DNA of 64,000 bases from Bugula neritina (lineage: Eukaryota; Animalia; Bryozoa): positions 1,984,001-2,048,000 of the forward strand of contig OZ037772.1 in assembly GCA_964035545.1 (NCBI GenBank), in the 5' to 3' direction. Below are positions 1 through 12,953 of the stretch, in pieces. The notes under the pieces are model-generated. The model made no database searches, was not told the DNA's origin, and saw only the letters and a program-made list of their open reading frames with translations. A program made the translations under genes and the position numbers. Position 1 is the first letter of the stretch. Every line of letters starts with the position of its first letter.

Positions 1-2342
1 AAAGTACTATGGTTTCCCAGCAAGTTTTACCTAGTTGAAATGTAACTTTCCAGTGTCAGAATAGCAGGTTTGACAAAATTTCTTATTTATATACTGCTAT
101 AGTAACAAAGAAAATTATCTGTTCCTGCAATTACTTCTACTAAGGTCTAGAGGGAGACTGCATCCCTATTATGCAAAAGATAATAGGCCCTTTGTAGTTC
201 TGGGCCAAGTTTCTTTTCATCTTCATAATAATCAGGAAGCTTAAGTAAGCTTAAAAGTTTTTAATTTACTAAAAATGGCTGCCAAGAGTTGTAATTTAGT
301 TTGAACCTTATAAAAAAATCCTGGAATTAGCCAACTTCAAAAGCACTGTCATAATTATAAATTCTTTTGAAGAAGTTTACCCTCAAATACTGTACAATAA
401 AGAAAAATCTTCAAGATAGCTGTTCTATTTTTCTTAGTTTTGTGTTATCTCAGTACATGCAAAGTTTATAGTCTCTATGAGAGACCTTTTTCAACTGGCT
501 GAGCATAATAGCTGAAAATTTTGTCTGCTGTCACTACAACGTGAACTTTTATAATAGGAGATGTTAAAAAATGCTTGCAGCTTACTTTTGCGACTATAAA
601 TATTAGACCCTGTAGCATATAAGATACACCAAGTTTCGTTCACAATAAACCTAATGGGAATCAAGAGATATTAAATTCAAAGTTATTAACACATATTATT
701 GAAAACTATTTATACATGTCTTACTCTTTTTTTGTGTTGGTAGTCAAATTATATGACTAGCAAGAAATTTAGATTTTGATATTCACCCATTGCGTGAACA
801 ATATTTTTTCTAACTAAATTATTTTTCTTGAAAAATTTTCAAAACAGGGAAACCAATTCAGCAACTCGTTTTAAAGTTTGAAAAAGGCATGTAGCACCAG
901 TGCTACACTGGTCGTCTGTCTCTAAGAGTAACAATTCAGTTTAATTCCAATTGGCAACTCCCCTCCATATAAACTCTAAACAATATAATATTCTTTAACA
1001 CTTGTAACCTATTGATAGTCCAGGGTGCTTTGCTTGCCATACTCTGGCTTACAGACAGAGGATTAAAATTGCTTTTTATTACTGGGTACCTGTTATATTT
1101 TGCTCTTACAAGATAAATAAGTTTTAAAATATGCTAAAAGTATAAAAAGTATAAAAACATTTTTAATGGTAGCACCATACATTGTTGTCCAGTTTGTATC
1201 TCTATCCTAATATTTTGCATTATTATTATTGCTATCAATTTGTGAAAAGAGGTACTGAAAGAGCTTTTTATGAAACTTTGAAACATTTACCATATACACA
1301 ACTTACTGGATTGCTCTGTGTCACGGTAGGCTAGCGGCAAAGCTAGCCAAAATTGCTTATTCTGAAGTCTAGCTTTTGTGAAAATTGGCAAGCTTTAGTT
1401 AATAACCTTTAATTATATAGCCAAGTTGTTTAATTAAAATTTAAAGTAGCATTGCCTTACACACAATAGTTTCGGAAAACAATTAAAAGAAAAGTTCAAT
1501 AATATATTACTAAAATACCAGGAAAGTCTTGCTGATGTTTATAAAGCATGCATTAAACATACTGTATTTCAATGGAAGATGTCTTACCTATTGTAGAAGA
1601 AAAGTTGTCTCCTTGCCTTAGTTTACAAGGCTATAGCATAATGATAGTAGTAGACTGATACTCAAACAAAAAAGTTAGGAAAGAATTTGGTGCTTGTCAT
1701 AAATATTATGTTAATTTGTTTCGCTAGCATTAGGACAAAAAGAGAGATAAACCAGTTGCTCATATTGTGAGATTGTGCATAAACTGCTATACTAGCTTAC
1801 AAATTGTTGTGTGCCAATATTTAAATTATCAATATATTTATGCTAGGTAAGGCCAGTAAGGAAATTTAGTTTACCAGTGCATGGTAACTTATATATTTTG
1901 ACTGCTAGAAGTTTAACTGCATTAACAAATAGGCCTCCTTATGCTGTGCAAGATTAAATAAAAAGTGCATAAAATCAGTAACAAAGACAAGTTCTGAAAC
2001 GTCTGCTCATGCAAACAAAATGCCCAATTGCTAAGTGTTGGGAGCAGTTTTGAAGAAGCTTGTATATTATACCACCAATTGTTAACATTCAATCTATAAG
2101 TTACCGCTAAAAATTGAAAAAAATCCAAGGCACATTCAGAAGCTTGCTAATATATTTCTTTCAAAGCTATTGCAATTATAGAGTAATTTGTAGTGTAACG
2201 GCTGGATTTCTAGCCCACAAAAAGTTTCAATAGCTTATAAAAGGGTAGACAACAGATGTGCCTCACGTGCCTGCCACAGACGTGTGTCACTTGCAGTAAA
2301 TGGTAAATAATATTATAATGAGTGGTAATGAGAGATGAGCTC

Positions 2343-2754
2343 CATTACATATTAATGTTATTAATTACATTTAATTTGGTTCTCACAAGGGATAAATAGA
2401 AGTTTAAAAATCTTACTCATGGGGTCCAACTATGTGAGGCAATTTTAACATTGGCGAATCTCCTTTGTTCTCAGCAGTGATTACTAGTGGATACAATACT
2501 GCATTGAATTATTCTGAACTTGTTTAATTAAATACTTGGTATGGTAGAACAAGTATGAATTTTGTTTTAAGATTTAAACTTTGAAATATAATAGATATGC
2601 AATTACAAAGTAATTCTAAAACCCGATTCCATTTCTAGATGTGTAATATATGTTCTACAATTACAGTTTTATACATATGTAACAAATTACATTCAATTAC
2701 TTGAAAAAAATTAATTGATCACAACTAATTACAAATTACAATTTCTCAAACCCT
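2343..2754 (+). mobile_element. Old diverged copy of the non-autonomous hAT-like element seen at 53040-54168 (right part)
   Basis: Collinear similarity to 53150-53295 and 53930-54168 (gttctcacaag..., gggtccaacta..., cagcagtga..., caaattacattcaattacttgaaaaaa). Ends in aaaccctg like the young copy and lacks its nested insertion. Confidence 0.7.
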
Positions 2755-4176
2755 GGTGGTAATGGTTAATAACTGGCAGACTCAAATATCCTGTGTGCAG
2801 AAGTTTTTAGGGTTAGGTATTGATAATATTTAAAAATATTTTTAATTTGTTTTTTCATATTTCTAATTTTGTCCCCAAAATTTGAGGGCTGAGAGTATGA
2901 AAGCTGTTGAAGGTGAATGGAATATTCTTAGCCTTTTGAACTGAGTTATCCTGCATGTACTGCAGAATTTGTTAGATAATTTCCCAGAGTACACAGGTAT
3001 GTAAATGTTGTATATAAGGGCTTTAGATGTCTTGAGTATTGGTTTGTCTATTAGTTATTTTCGAGTTTACGAAAGAAGATTCTAGTAAGTTAACTGCTTG
3101 GTGACTTTCTCTCTAAGAATCAATAAGAATATTTTGGTCATGAATCATTCATTTAATATCTCAGTTTTTTTTATATGTTAGAAATAAAGATTAAATTGGC
3201 TCTCTATAGTTAACATGGTAGTTTATTTAGTGGTAAATGAGCATCATACCCTACTTATGCACCAGAATTGGTCACAAGTCTTGAGAAGGTGAAGTGAAAA
3301 CCTCATATATACTACTAGCTGTAGTAAGACAAAACTACTGCTACTGTTGCAGGCACACCCAGCTCTCATGTGCCTCACAGACGTCTCAAACATAAGACAG
3401 TGAACAAGCGTATGATGCTGACTGAGACAACTCTCAAGTCTATCCATCTATTCCTCACACGCTGCTCAGCACAAGGTCACACAGGTGTGAGCCATCACTT
3501 CCAGTGCCAACTTAACATATCCATTTCATTCCTCAGCCAATCAGATCAGCTCAAGTGATGCACCAATAATATATCACATTGTTGACTTGAGAAAGCAGGT
3601 GCTACAGCAGGAGCCCTGTACCATCACTGGGCAATCTGACATGAGCTCACGGGTTTCTTCTTGCACTGCTATGTGTAAAATAACAGTCTTCTTTTATACA
3701 ATATTAAGCTGTTAGTTTAGCATATAACTTGGCTCTATGGTTTTATATTATAGTTTATAAGATTGTGCCTCTCATGTATGTTTCCAACATGGAGATAATT
3801 TGGCATGTAATAATAAGCTCGTGACTTTTCTGGCATCACCAGGAATGCTGACAGGTTTTGATATATTGTATTATTAATCCATTTATTGCAAGACATAATA
3901 ACCTGTACACCTTTTGTTTTGAGTATATTATTACAAGAACAAGTTGTGTTTTTGAATGCATTTTATTTGACTTATTTATAAATTCAACAATAAATACCAA
4001 GGTCCCATGTTAATGATTTCGAGCTTCTTTGTAAGTCTTCTCTTCTGTAAAGGAAAAGAATGATAATGATAATGATATATATATATGTATATGTATGTAT
4101 AAAGTATGCTGATTGTCAACCTATAGTTGGAGTTCCAGCAAAGATTGAGGTATATATATATATATATATATATACC

Positions 4177-4557
4177 TCAATCTGTAGACAGCAGCTGTTT
4201 CGGGATTTGTCTCATCATGAGCACAGAACAGAGTACCATGGCCCACACCTTCGCACAATAGTAGAAACTTATAGTTTTACTAAAGCATATTTAAAAGGTG
4301 TGTTAACCCAAGATAGAGTGCTCAAGTGACTCTAGGGGTCACCTAGGAGTCACGAGCATTGCAAAATGCTAGCAGCTTGAGTTTGTGACCGTGGTGAGAG
4401 TGCTCAATCATTTAATGTCATTGCTGGGCATTAAATGAGAGCATAATATCTCAATCTGTGGACAGCAGCACAGAACAAAGTACCATGGCCCACACTTTTG
4501 CAATAGTAGAAACTTATAGTCTTACTAAAGCATATTTAGAAGGTGTGTAAACCCAAG
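4177..4557 (+). repeat. Local direct duplication (~110-140 bp, two copies)
   Basis: ctcaatctgt(a/g)gacagcagc...acagaaca(g/a)agtaccatggcccacac...gtagaaacttatagt...actaaagcatattta...aaggtgtgt...aacccaag occurs at ~4177-4311 and ~4450-4557. Confidence 0.85.
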
Positions 4558-6111
4558 CCATATATATAATATAGCTATAAACATGCACGTACATAAAGAA
4601 AATAACATTCATGCAACTAGTAGTAAATACTATTTAGTATGAGCTTTTACTAATTTCACTATGGCATCATAATAAATAGTGATTCATTATACACTACTAA
4701 ATAAATTGGTGGAGATCACAAAGCACTTAATAGTCTTTATGCAGAATTTTTCTTTCAGTCTAATATATGAAAGTTATAAAAATTATTTTAGAGGGAACAC
4801 GCACTAACTGAAAGCCAATTTGTTTTCAATAAAGTATATCATAGACCTGCATACTTTGTTCAGGAAAGAAGAGAGAGCCACAAAGGAAGAGCCTACCATG
4901 TCTAATGAAAACAGACCTGTCATACTAAGTATATAGCTATACAGACCTGCTATACCAGATAAAAACAAACCTGCCATATTGCACAAAACTGAACCTGCAG
5001 CACTGAGCAAAGAGCAACCAATCAAATATTCCAAGCAAAGAGAACACAATTCAGCATTGTGAGAAAACCTCCCCAGGGGGATCAGCAAACTCCAACAGCT
5101 GGTCAAAGTTTTAGCTACAGAAAAGGAAGAATTGCCGAGTATAGTGATGATTCAGTGAGGAAAACCGCATGCTTACCTTGTTCTGGTAACCACTACACAA
5201 CTGGGAAGAGAAAGGGCTGGAAAGCTACACAACTTTGAGAGATTTCTCATACAGACAGCTGTTCTATAGGAAGTGTTACATAAGAGTTGTGACTATTGAC
5301 TATTATAGACAGGGTTGTAAGAATGTGGACACAGTTTTAGGATTTATTATTTTAGGAATCCAATACTTTAGTTATGTTATGATAGCATTAACTTAGCAGA
5401 AGCATCGGTGGAATTTCATATAATGCTTAATTACTACTCAAAGCAGAATAGTTTAGTATTTTTTAAAAAGAACATAATATTATATTTGTATCCTTTTATA
5501 AATAAATGTTTTTTATACATGCCGGTCATAAAAGTCAATTCATTATATGGTATACAAAATTAGATCTGTAAATAAACATGCTGCAGCTGAAGAATTACAA
5601 ATAAAATGAGAAGGAAACAAAACGTATTCAACTGGATGAGTCATCAGATGACATTGCTGTATAAAATGATGAATTAGGAAAGAGAAAGTATGTGGAAACA
5701 AAGCAACACTGAACTACAACATGGCTAACAAATACCAGGTTAGCAGAAATAATATCATATTCAATAAATAAAATAACAAGAGGTGTAAAATGTCAATATA
5801 AGTACACATAGAAAAAATAGGTGATATACAGAATAAAAAGTAACAGTTTAATATTGATAAAGCTTTTCATTTTCACACAAACATAAAATCTTTACAAGGC
5901 ATTATTGTATATATAACTATTTGTATTAGAAGAGAGAAACAATATAATTTAGTATGCTCACATGGAACTATAGAAGGAAATGTCAGCTAGAAGAGGAAGG
6001 AAATGGAGGTCAAGGCCAGCAACACAATGTCAAGGTCAACTGGAAAAAAAGTAGTTTTAGGTCACAACTTGTCATTCTCAAACATGGCGGCTAGTTTGAG
6101 CACACTTTTGG

Positions 6112-6748
6112 ACTAGAAGAGGAAGGAGGCGAGGAGACCACAGAGCTCTCTGGGGAGGGAGGTAAAACACGTTTCAGCTACAAAGCAAGAGTTGAAAAGA
6201 GAACTAATTGGAAAAAGTTGAAATTTTACTCAATTTGATCAAAAATGAACAGATATTAATAAAAAAATTCTACAGATTCTAACGCTGATAAGCCAGGACA
6301 ACTATAGCATATTATAATTATATTATCACCTCCATTATATAATAATCATATTACATAATATATTATATTTTTTATATGCCATATTATAATTATATTATAT
6401 TATAATCATACTATGTTATAAATATGGTATATTATTATATTATACTATCAATGTACATGACTTGCACAAAGTAGATGCCAAACGTTACCTTTTCTGTGTT
6501 GGCAACTTGGGGCAGAACTCTTTTGGGTCGAACGTCTGAAATAGATGGGGAAGAGATGATTTACCGCCCGTAGCAGAGGCGTGATGTCAAGAGAAGAACC
6601 CGAGGCTAAGTTACGACAACTTCTTCTCATGGTGTTGGCGGCTTTGAGAAAGATAGCTCTGTCGTACTCCTTGCCTGAAGACAGGAAACGGTCATTGTAC
6701 TTCCATAAAGGAAACGTACATGAACTGTATCAGAAGCTCAAACTAACG
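6112..6748 (-). pseudogene. Two exon-like segments of an unidentified gene (3' end)
   Basis: AG..GT-bounded segment ~6491-6748 (...WKYNDRFLSSGKEYDRAIFLKAANTMRR..., one in-frame TGA) splices in phase 1 to ~6112-6177, which reads AETCFTSLPRELCGLLASFLF*. No family recognised. Confidence 0.4.
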
Positions 6749-8942
6749 TCTGTTAATAGTAATGGAAGATATAACAATCTTAATGAGAATTAAAGGCTCT
6801 ATTAATAGTAATCATACCTTCCTACTGTAAAGAGACGACAGAGTGAATAAAAAGGAATAACTGAACAGAGAATACATTCAATAACAGGTGGTTGTCAGGT
6901 GGGTGATATTCACTACTGCTTCCTCCTGATCACGTCATGTAACAGTCAATGACATCACATGTCGACTCACTCTGCACTGCGGGTGGCTGTGACAAGCAGT
7001 GCTCCATACTTAGACCACCCACAGTCCAAGCACCTGGAGCACTGCCCACACATGGCAAAAAGTGACAAGACAAAGTGCTGGGAACAACTAGCAATACAAA
7101 GAGAATTAACAGTCAGAGTATGAAGCTGGTATTCACGAGTTTGAAGGTGTTTTCAATATCATCTCTATAACTGGTTAGAAAGGATTGCACTTGGTTGAGT
7201 ACTCTGTTAACAGCACCATAAATATCCTCTCTAGCGTGGCAGTTGCCGGCACCTGCACAACATGAAATAACTACCACCTGCTATCCGTTGACATATGTGA
7301 GACCAGTTGCTAGTGACATCAAATGGCAGGTACTTGGTTAGCAAATTTATACAAAGATGAGAGTTCTACTGTCACTTGATCAAAGCTTCCGACACTCTTC
7401 GCCTAGTGTGACTCATAAGTTATATATGACTTAGGCTAGCAGGTGAGCATGAGCTCATTTTATAAGCTATGTAGCTCAAAACTATGCAAGCATCCTACCA
7501 TAAAGAGACACCACTGCACCGCACCATTGGTATGAGAGTCTTCATAAGAACTAAAGCTACACTCAAGCCCCACAAGCATGATAGAATATATCACAGACAC
7601 TTACTATTGCACATATAGTCTATGAATGAGAGGGTTGCAGTTAGCTTCTCTGTAGATGTATGGATACATTGAGCAAGGGCACCTTGGGCACATGCCATGG
7701 GCACATCTGTTGACAGCTGTCAAGTACATGACAGTACATATTGATGCACTGCCTTGTCTATGTTACTCAGCAGTGCCTGCAAACAAATATGGAGATATTA
7801 CTCAGGAAATGAGCAGAATTCTTTTTATTTCAGAGATTTTACATATTCTTAAATTAACAAAGGCATAAATTTCGAACATCTACATAAAATATTGGAGATA
7901 TGTTAACTTTTTCTGCAACATCTGTAAGTTAAACAGCAAAAAACAAGTTTATACCCAACATCTTAATGTCAACCATTGGACAATCACCTGCATGAATTGA
8001 ATGATGAGCCTGGATATCTTATTGCTGAGCTGTGACATCCTCTGCACAGTGTCTGCAAGGTGCTCGAGTCAATATCATCACACATACTGGAGCACAGCTG
8101 GCACTGTTCCAACAACACCTCCGATGAGGTCACCAGTTGCAGACAACACGCCCCTGTAGCTTCTTGACACTGGGAATCTTCTGGCTCTATAAGTTTGTAT
8201 AATGAGGATATATTTAATACGATGTTATGTGATTATATGGAGTTGTCATCACAATACAAAATAGTGATAGTTTTGAGCAACAACTCTTATATTATTATAT
8301 GAACTTATTGAGAAACAGCATCTTGGGAACATAGGCTTTACATTACTACATTACCATACATACACATGTATAACAGAAGTTGAACAAAATATTTGTATAT
8401 TCCTATCCTAAAGATTTAAATATTTTTCAAGTCAGTTGGGTTTTACCTTTTATATGTACACTGTTCAGTGGAATGCTTCTTTTAAACAAACAAAGTGTTA
8501 TTTAAACTCATTAATTTTAGTTGCCAAGGGAGATAAAGTTGCAGATAGTTTCTTTTCCTTTCAGATAAAACGTGTTACATATGCATATGAATATGTGCAA
8601 CTGATGATAGCAATTATAATACAAATACCTTGCAACATAAAATAACACAACACCTGCAAAATACTGCTTACAATCGAATTTGCAGCTCTAACTGTAATAT
8701 TGAGTCCACCCTGTGGAGTAATGGTAGCAAGCCAGCGGGTGAACAGTTTTTAATTGAGTTTTGGGTTTAAAAAGAAATTAGGACTCACCTGCTGACGCTG
8801 CCTTGTAGCTCTCCAGAATGCTGCCAGCAGAGATTGTACCCAACTCACACTGCCGCAGTATGCAGTCAAACACCTTCCTGCTCCCTGCATTGGTTGCTAT
8901 AAACAGTACAGAGCTACACATATGAGATAAGAATGGACTAAC

Positions 8943-9447
8943 AGAGAGAGGGAGAGAGAGGGAGAGAGAGGGAGAGAGAGGGAGAGAGAGGGAGAGAGAG
9001 GGAGAGAGAGGGAGAGGGAGGGAGAGGGAGGGAGAGGGAGAGAGAGGGAGAGAGAGGGAGAGAGAGGGAGAGAGAGGGAGAGAGAGGGAGAGAGAGGGAG
9101 AGAGAGGGAGAGAGAGAGAGAGAGGGAGAGAGAGAGAGGGAGAGAGAGAGAGAGAGAGGGAGAGAGAGAGAGGGAGGGAGAGAGAGGGAGAGGGAGGGAG
9201 AGGGAGAGAGAGGGAGAGAGAGGGAGAGAGAGGGAGAGAGAGGGAGAGAGAGGGAGAGAGAGGGAGAGAGAGGGAGAGAGAGGGAGAGAGAGGGAGAGAG
9301 AGGGAGAGAGAGAGAGAGGGAGGGAGAGAGAGGGAGGGAGAGAGAGGGAGAGAGAGGGAGAGGGAGGGAAAGGGAGGGAGAGGGAGGGAGAGGGAGAGAG
9401 AGGGAGAGAGAGGGAGAGAGAGGGAGAGAGAGGGAGAGAGAGAGAGG
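8943..9447. repeat. GA-rich microsatellite (mostly GGGAGAGAGA 10-mer)
   Basis: Pure purine tract; source of the spurious poly-SL/P ORFs; left boundary of the segmental duplication. Confidence 0.97.
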
Positions 9448-9492
9448 ACAGATCAACAGTTACTGGCATCTAAATTTCCCCACAATTCTCAC

Positions 9493-9693
9493 CTGTTCTG
9501 TGATCTTCACCTTGATCTCTTCCAACTTGTTATGACTTGGTAACCTGCTGTCTCCACTGTTGGAATCTGGTCTTATACCCTCACTCTCATTGGACGAGCC
9601 GTTAGCCAATAATGTGTGAGCAAATGGTGTGTTGGTGTTTAATGCTGAGTTATTACTAGTGTTTACTGCTGCCTGAGAGAGATTCGGCCTCAA
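9493..9693 (-). pseudogene. Orphan duplicate of the C6orf136-like exon (paralog 51536-51736)
   Basis: 201-nt phase-0 exon ttgtag|ttgagg...gaacag|gtgag encoding LRPNLSQ...[13 protein letters not shown]. The downstream C6orf136-like exons are missing here. Confidence 0.75.
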
Positions 9694-9708
9694 CTACAAA
9701 ACATAACA

Positions 9709-9972
9709 GGATAATCTACAGTACAAGGAGAGGATCTACAGTACAGGGAGAGGATCTACAGTACAAGGAGAAGATCTACAGTACAAGGAGAAGATCTACA
9801 GTACAAGGAGAAGATCTACAGTACAAGGAGAAGATCTGCAGTACAAGGAGAAGATCTACAGTACAAGGAGAGAATCTACAGTACAAGGAGAGGATCTACA
9901 GTACAAGGAGAGGATCTACAGTACAAGGAGAAGATCTACAGTACAAGGAGAAGATCTACAGTACAAGGAGAG
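9709..9972. repeat. 20-bp minisatellite (GGATCTACAGTACAAGGAGA), ~13 copies
   Basis: Direct tandem units visible. Confidence 0.97.
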
Positions 9973-10336
9973 GGGGAATTATTTTCAACATGAAGAGTGT
10001 AAGCAAGTTCCAATAACAAGAAGCTAAACATTTGCCAACTTTGAGTCCTCTAACAGCTGCAAGGCCATCTTAAGCTTTTACCTAAACAAATGATGCCTAA
10101 GAACTTTTTAATCCCCACCCCAGAAAGAAACCTTGTGTCCATCACCTGAAAGACACACCATGTTTCTAATGTATTCCTTAGCTACAGTTTCACAAGAGAA
10201 TGGATATGATATGTGAGTGGTAGATGAACTCACCTGGTCAGTCATTGAAAGTCGAATGAGTTCACTGGATATCACTCCGTCTGTGTCACACAGAAAGTGC
10301 TTCCTCTGAGAGTTCTGGACCTTTGTCTTCGCTCCT

Positions 10337-10807
10337 ATGGCAACAGCAGGGAGACTATTAGTTACTATAGCAACAGTAGTGAAACTATTAGTTACTATAG
10401 TAACAGCAGTGAAACTATTAGTTACTATAGCAACAGCAGTGAAACTATTAGTTACTATAGCAACAACAGTGAAACTATTAGTTACTATGGCAACAGCAAT
10501 GAAATTATTAGTTACTATAGCAACAGCAGTGAAACTATTAGTTACTATAGCAACAGCAATGAAACCAGTAGTTACTATAGTAACAGCAGTGGAACTATTA
10601 GTTACTATAGCAACAACAGTGAAACTATTAGTTAATATAGCAACAGCAGTGAAACTAGTAGCTAAACTAACTCGTGCACAGAGCAAATATAAAAATACAC
10701 AGCTATAGTGTACACAAAATATATATAAATATACACAGCTATACACAGAGTATATATAAATATACACAGCTATAGTGTACACAGAGTATATATAAATATA
10801 CACAGCA
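10337..10807. repeat. 30-bp minisatellite (GCAACAGCAGTGAAACTATTAGTTACTATA, ~11 copies) followed by a 30-34-bp TATATAAATATACACAGCTATA(GTG)TACACAGAG array
   Basis: Tandem units visible; they explain the repetitive ORFs at 10108-10827. Confidence 0.95.
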
Positions 10808-12953
10808 ACAGTAAGGGTTGACACCATAATTTAGAATGAAGGAAGATTCTGTTTTCACCTGAAGAAGGTAGAAGCTGTTGGGTGGTCCTGTGTTCAATAG
10901 ATGAGAGATTATCTCGGTATATGGTGTACGCATCATCAGATATGGGAGTGAGTCCTTGGTGGTCACATTTGAAGAGAGAGAAAGGTTCTGATACTCTGAG
11001 GGATATGTACAGTACATAAATTCAGATATGTACAGATTTGATGGATATAAGGGTTTGTCTACTGTGAGCTAGCTAGTCAACTATACTATGTATTGTACAG
11101 AAAGAAACAATTTCTCTCTCGTATACAATGGCACATATTCACATATATCTTTATTGTATACTGTGGTGTTAATAACTGGTCAATATTAATACAGTCTCTG
11201 CCCCCACTACTATAAACCACATGTAAAACTAGTAACATTTCTGTCAATATCCATTAATCACAGTCTGAGAACAGCATGTATATAAATGATAACTTTTTAC
11301 CAGTAAATATTTCTACTGTAAGAACAGCTCACAGGAAATCCAGGTTGTCGACTACTAACTCATAATTATCACTAGTTGACTACTAGTAACCATGGTAACA
11401 ACTAACATCCTATTACAATCAAATGTTACTTGCTATCACCTGAATAAATATCAGATTAGAGGTATAATGTATGAATAATGTTGGCAGACAGTGGCCTACC
11501 AGTATGTCACTCTTAGTAACTGAGTCAATATACTGAGAAGTTACAGGGAGATGATACAATCCTTATATCTAATCTCTTGTACTAAACGAGGAATAAGAAA
11601 ACTTGTGTTCTAGTGTGAACCAAAATCTCTACTTAGCTACAAACATAGCTGATACTCTCCCCTGTTTATATAATAAAATTGTAATCTAAAGAATACAAAC
11701 ACACTTTTCCTTAGTGGATGTCAGGACTGGACTACTCAAAGCTCTCACCAGTTTTAACTTCTCAGGAGCATTGAGGAACACGGTCTACAAAATACACCCA
11801 CACATATCTAGAACTACCCTCTATATTCACTAAACAGAGTTCCTCAGTCTATTCAGCATGATAGGACACACCCAGCAGGAAATAAACTCAAGGCTAAAAC
11901 AGTTATCTGACTGCGAATCACACATTTTATGTTTCCACATTGAAGAACACATTTAACCAGCACACACTAGGCTATCTACAATCAGCTAGTCTCATGGTTC
12001 TCTCTCATACTACAGAGAGCTAAGTCTATCTAACTGGTGGCCAGCTATAAAGTTCTGAGTATTTATATAGTGTGCCCATGAATTGTTAACAGGGTGGACT
12101 CAACTTCTTTAACCCCTTCGTCTCGAACTCTCTGTATAATACTTATATTATGGGGCGCAGTAGCTATGTATTTTTGTAAATTGAAAAAAAAGTATTTAAA
12201 TATACTCCAGTTGCAGTTTTATAATAGATTAGGAGACAACTAGCTAATGTTTAAATGAAAACATTTAATGGCCTACACCAAGCTTGAAAATAATTAGATA
12301 TAAGCCCACCCCTTGTGCTAGTCACATATTCATATTCATAGCTTAAGTGAGCTGAAGCGCACATCACAGTGGCTGATCATCACCACACACATTCTCACAC
12401 TGTTCTCATAAACTGCAGAGTCGTAAATATGCTCTCCTTCACATTGGTACTTGAACTCGTACTGAAAGTGTTGCTCATAACTGTTCATATTGACACTGAC
12501 ATTATGAAGTCAGTAATGATATTTCATTTTCAATAGTAGGGCTTTTAGATGGTATTGATTCATCCACAATGAAAAATACTTGCAAATGTTGATAAATTAT
12601 TTTATGATTGAATTGGTGAGTTATAATGTGTGTCATTCAAATGTGAATACTGAACATGATCTGGTCACCTTGATTACCTCATATTGATTCATCGCAAATG
12701 TCAGTATAATTGTGCCATAGAGAATTCTATCAAGTTTGAAAATTGACATTCAGTTTCACATTGCTCATTCAGTGATCCATGCTTAGTGTCACATTGGCCT
12801 TTAGGCTTGAAGCAACGAAATCTAACAGTAACACTATCTATAAGTATATTTATATTATTGTCAAGTATTAGCATTATGACATAAAATTAAAATTAAAGCC
12901 TGTCAGTTATAGTGTCTAACCAGACTTCAAGCTGTTGAATCCCACATTGAAAA

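Larger units (their letters stand above)
6830..12490 (-). pseudogene. Decayed multi-exon gene fragment, tentatively AP-5 complex subunit beta-1 (AP5B1)-like, interrupted by a foreign exon at 9493-9693
   Basis: Series of AG..GT-bounded segments (~11709-11784, ~11500-11636, ~11301-11409, 10858-11058, 10234-10334, 8791-8897, 7988-8186, 7604-7776, from 7252) with stops and frameshifts. Peptides LEHLADTVQRMSQLSNKISRLI, TATLSFIDYMCNSAGNCHAREDIYGAVNRVL and HPPDNHLLL are collinear with AP5B1 segments as I recall them (SATLNFL..NW..LLRVCRALL; LPPDSKLLL). The identity is inference from memory. Confidence 0.45.
9445..12918 (+). repeat. Segmental duplication, copy 1 (paralog 51490-56626)
   Basis: Near-identical collinear sequence from caacagttact... 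to ...gcctgtcagttatagtgtcta; differs by substitutions, small indels, repeat copy number and a TE insertion. Confidence 0.97.
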
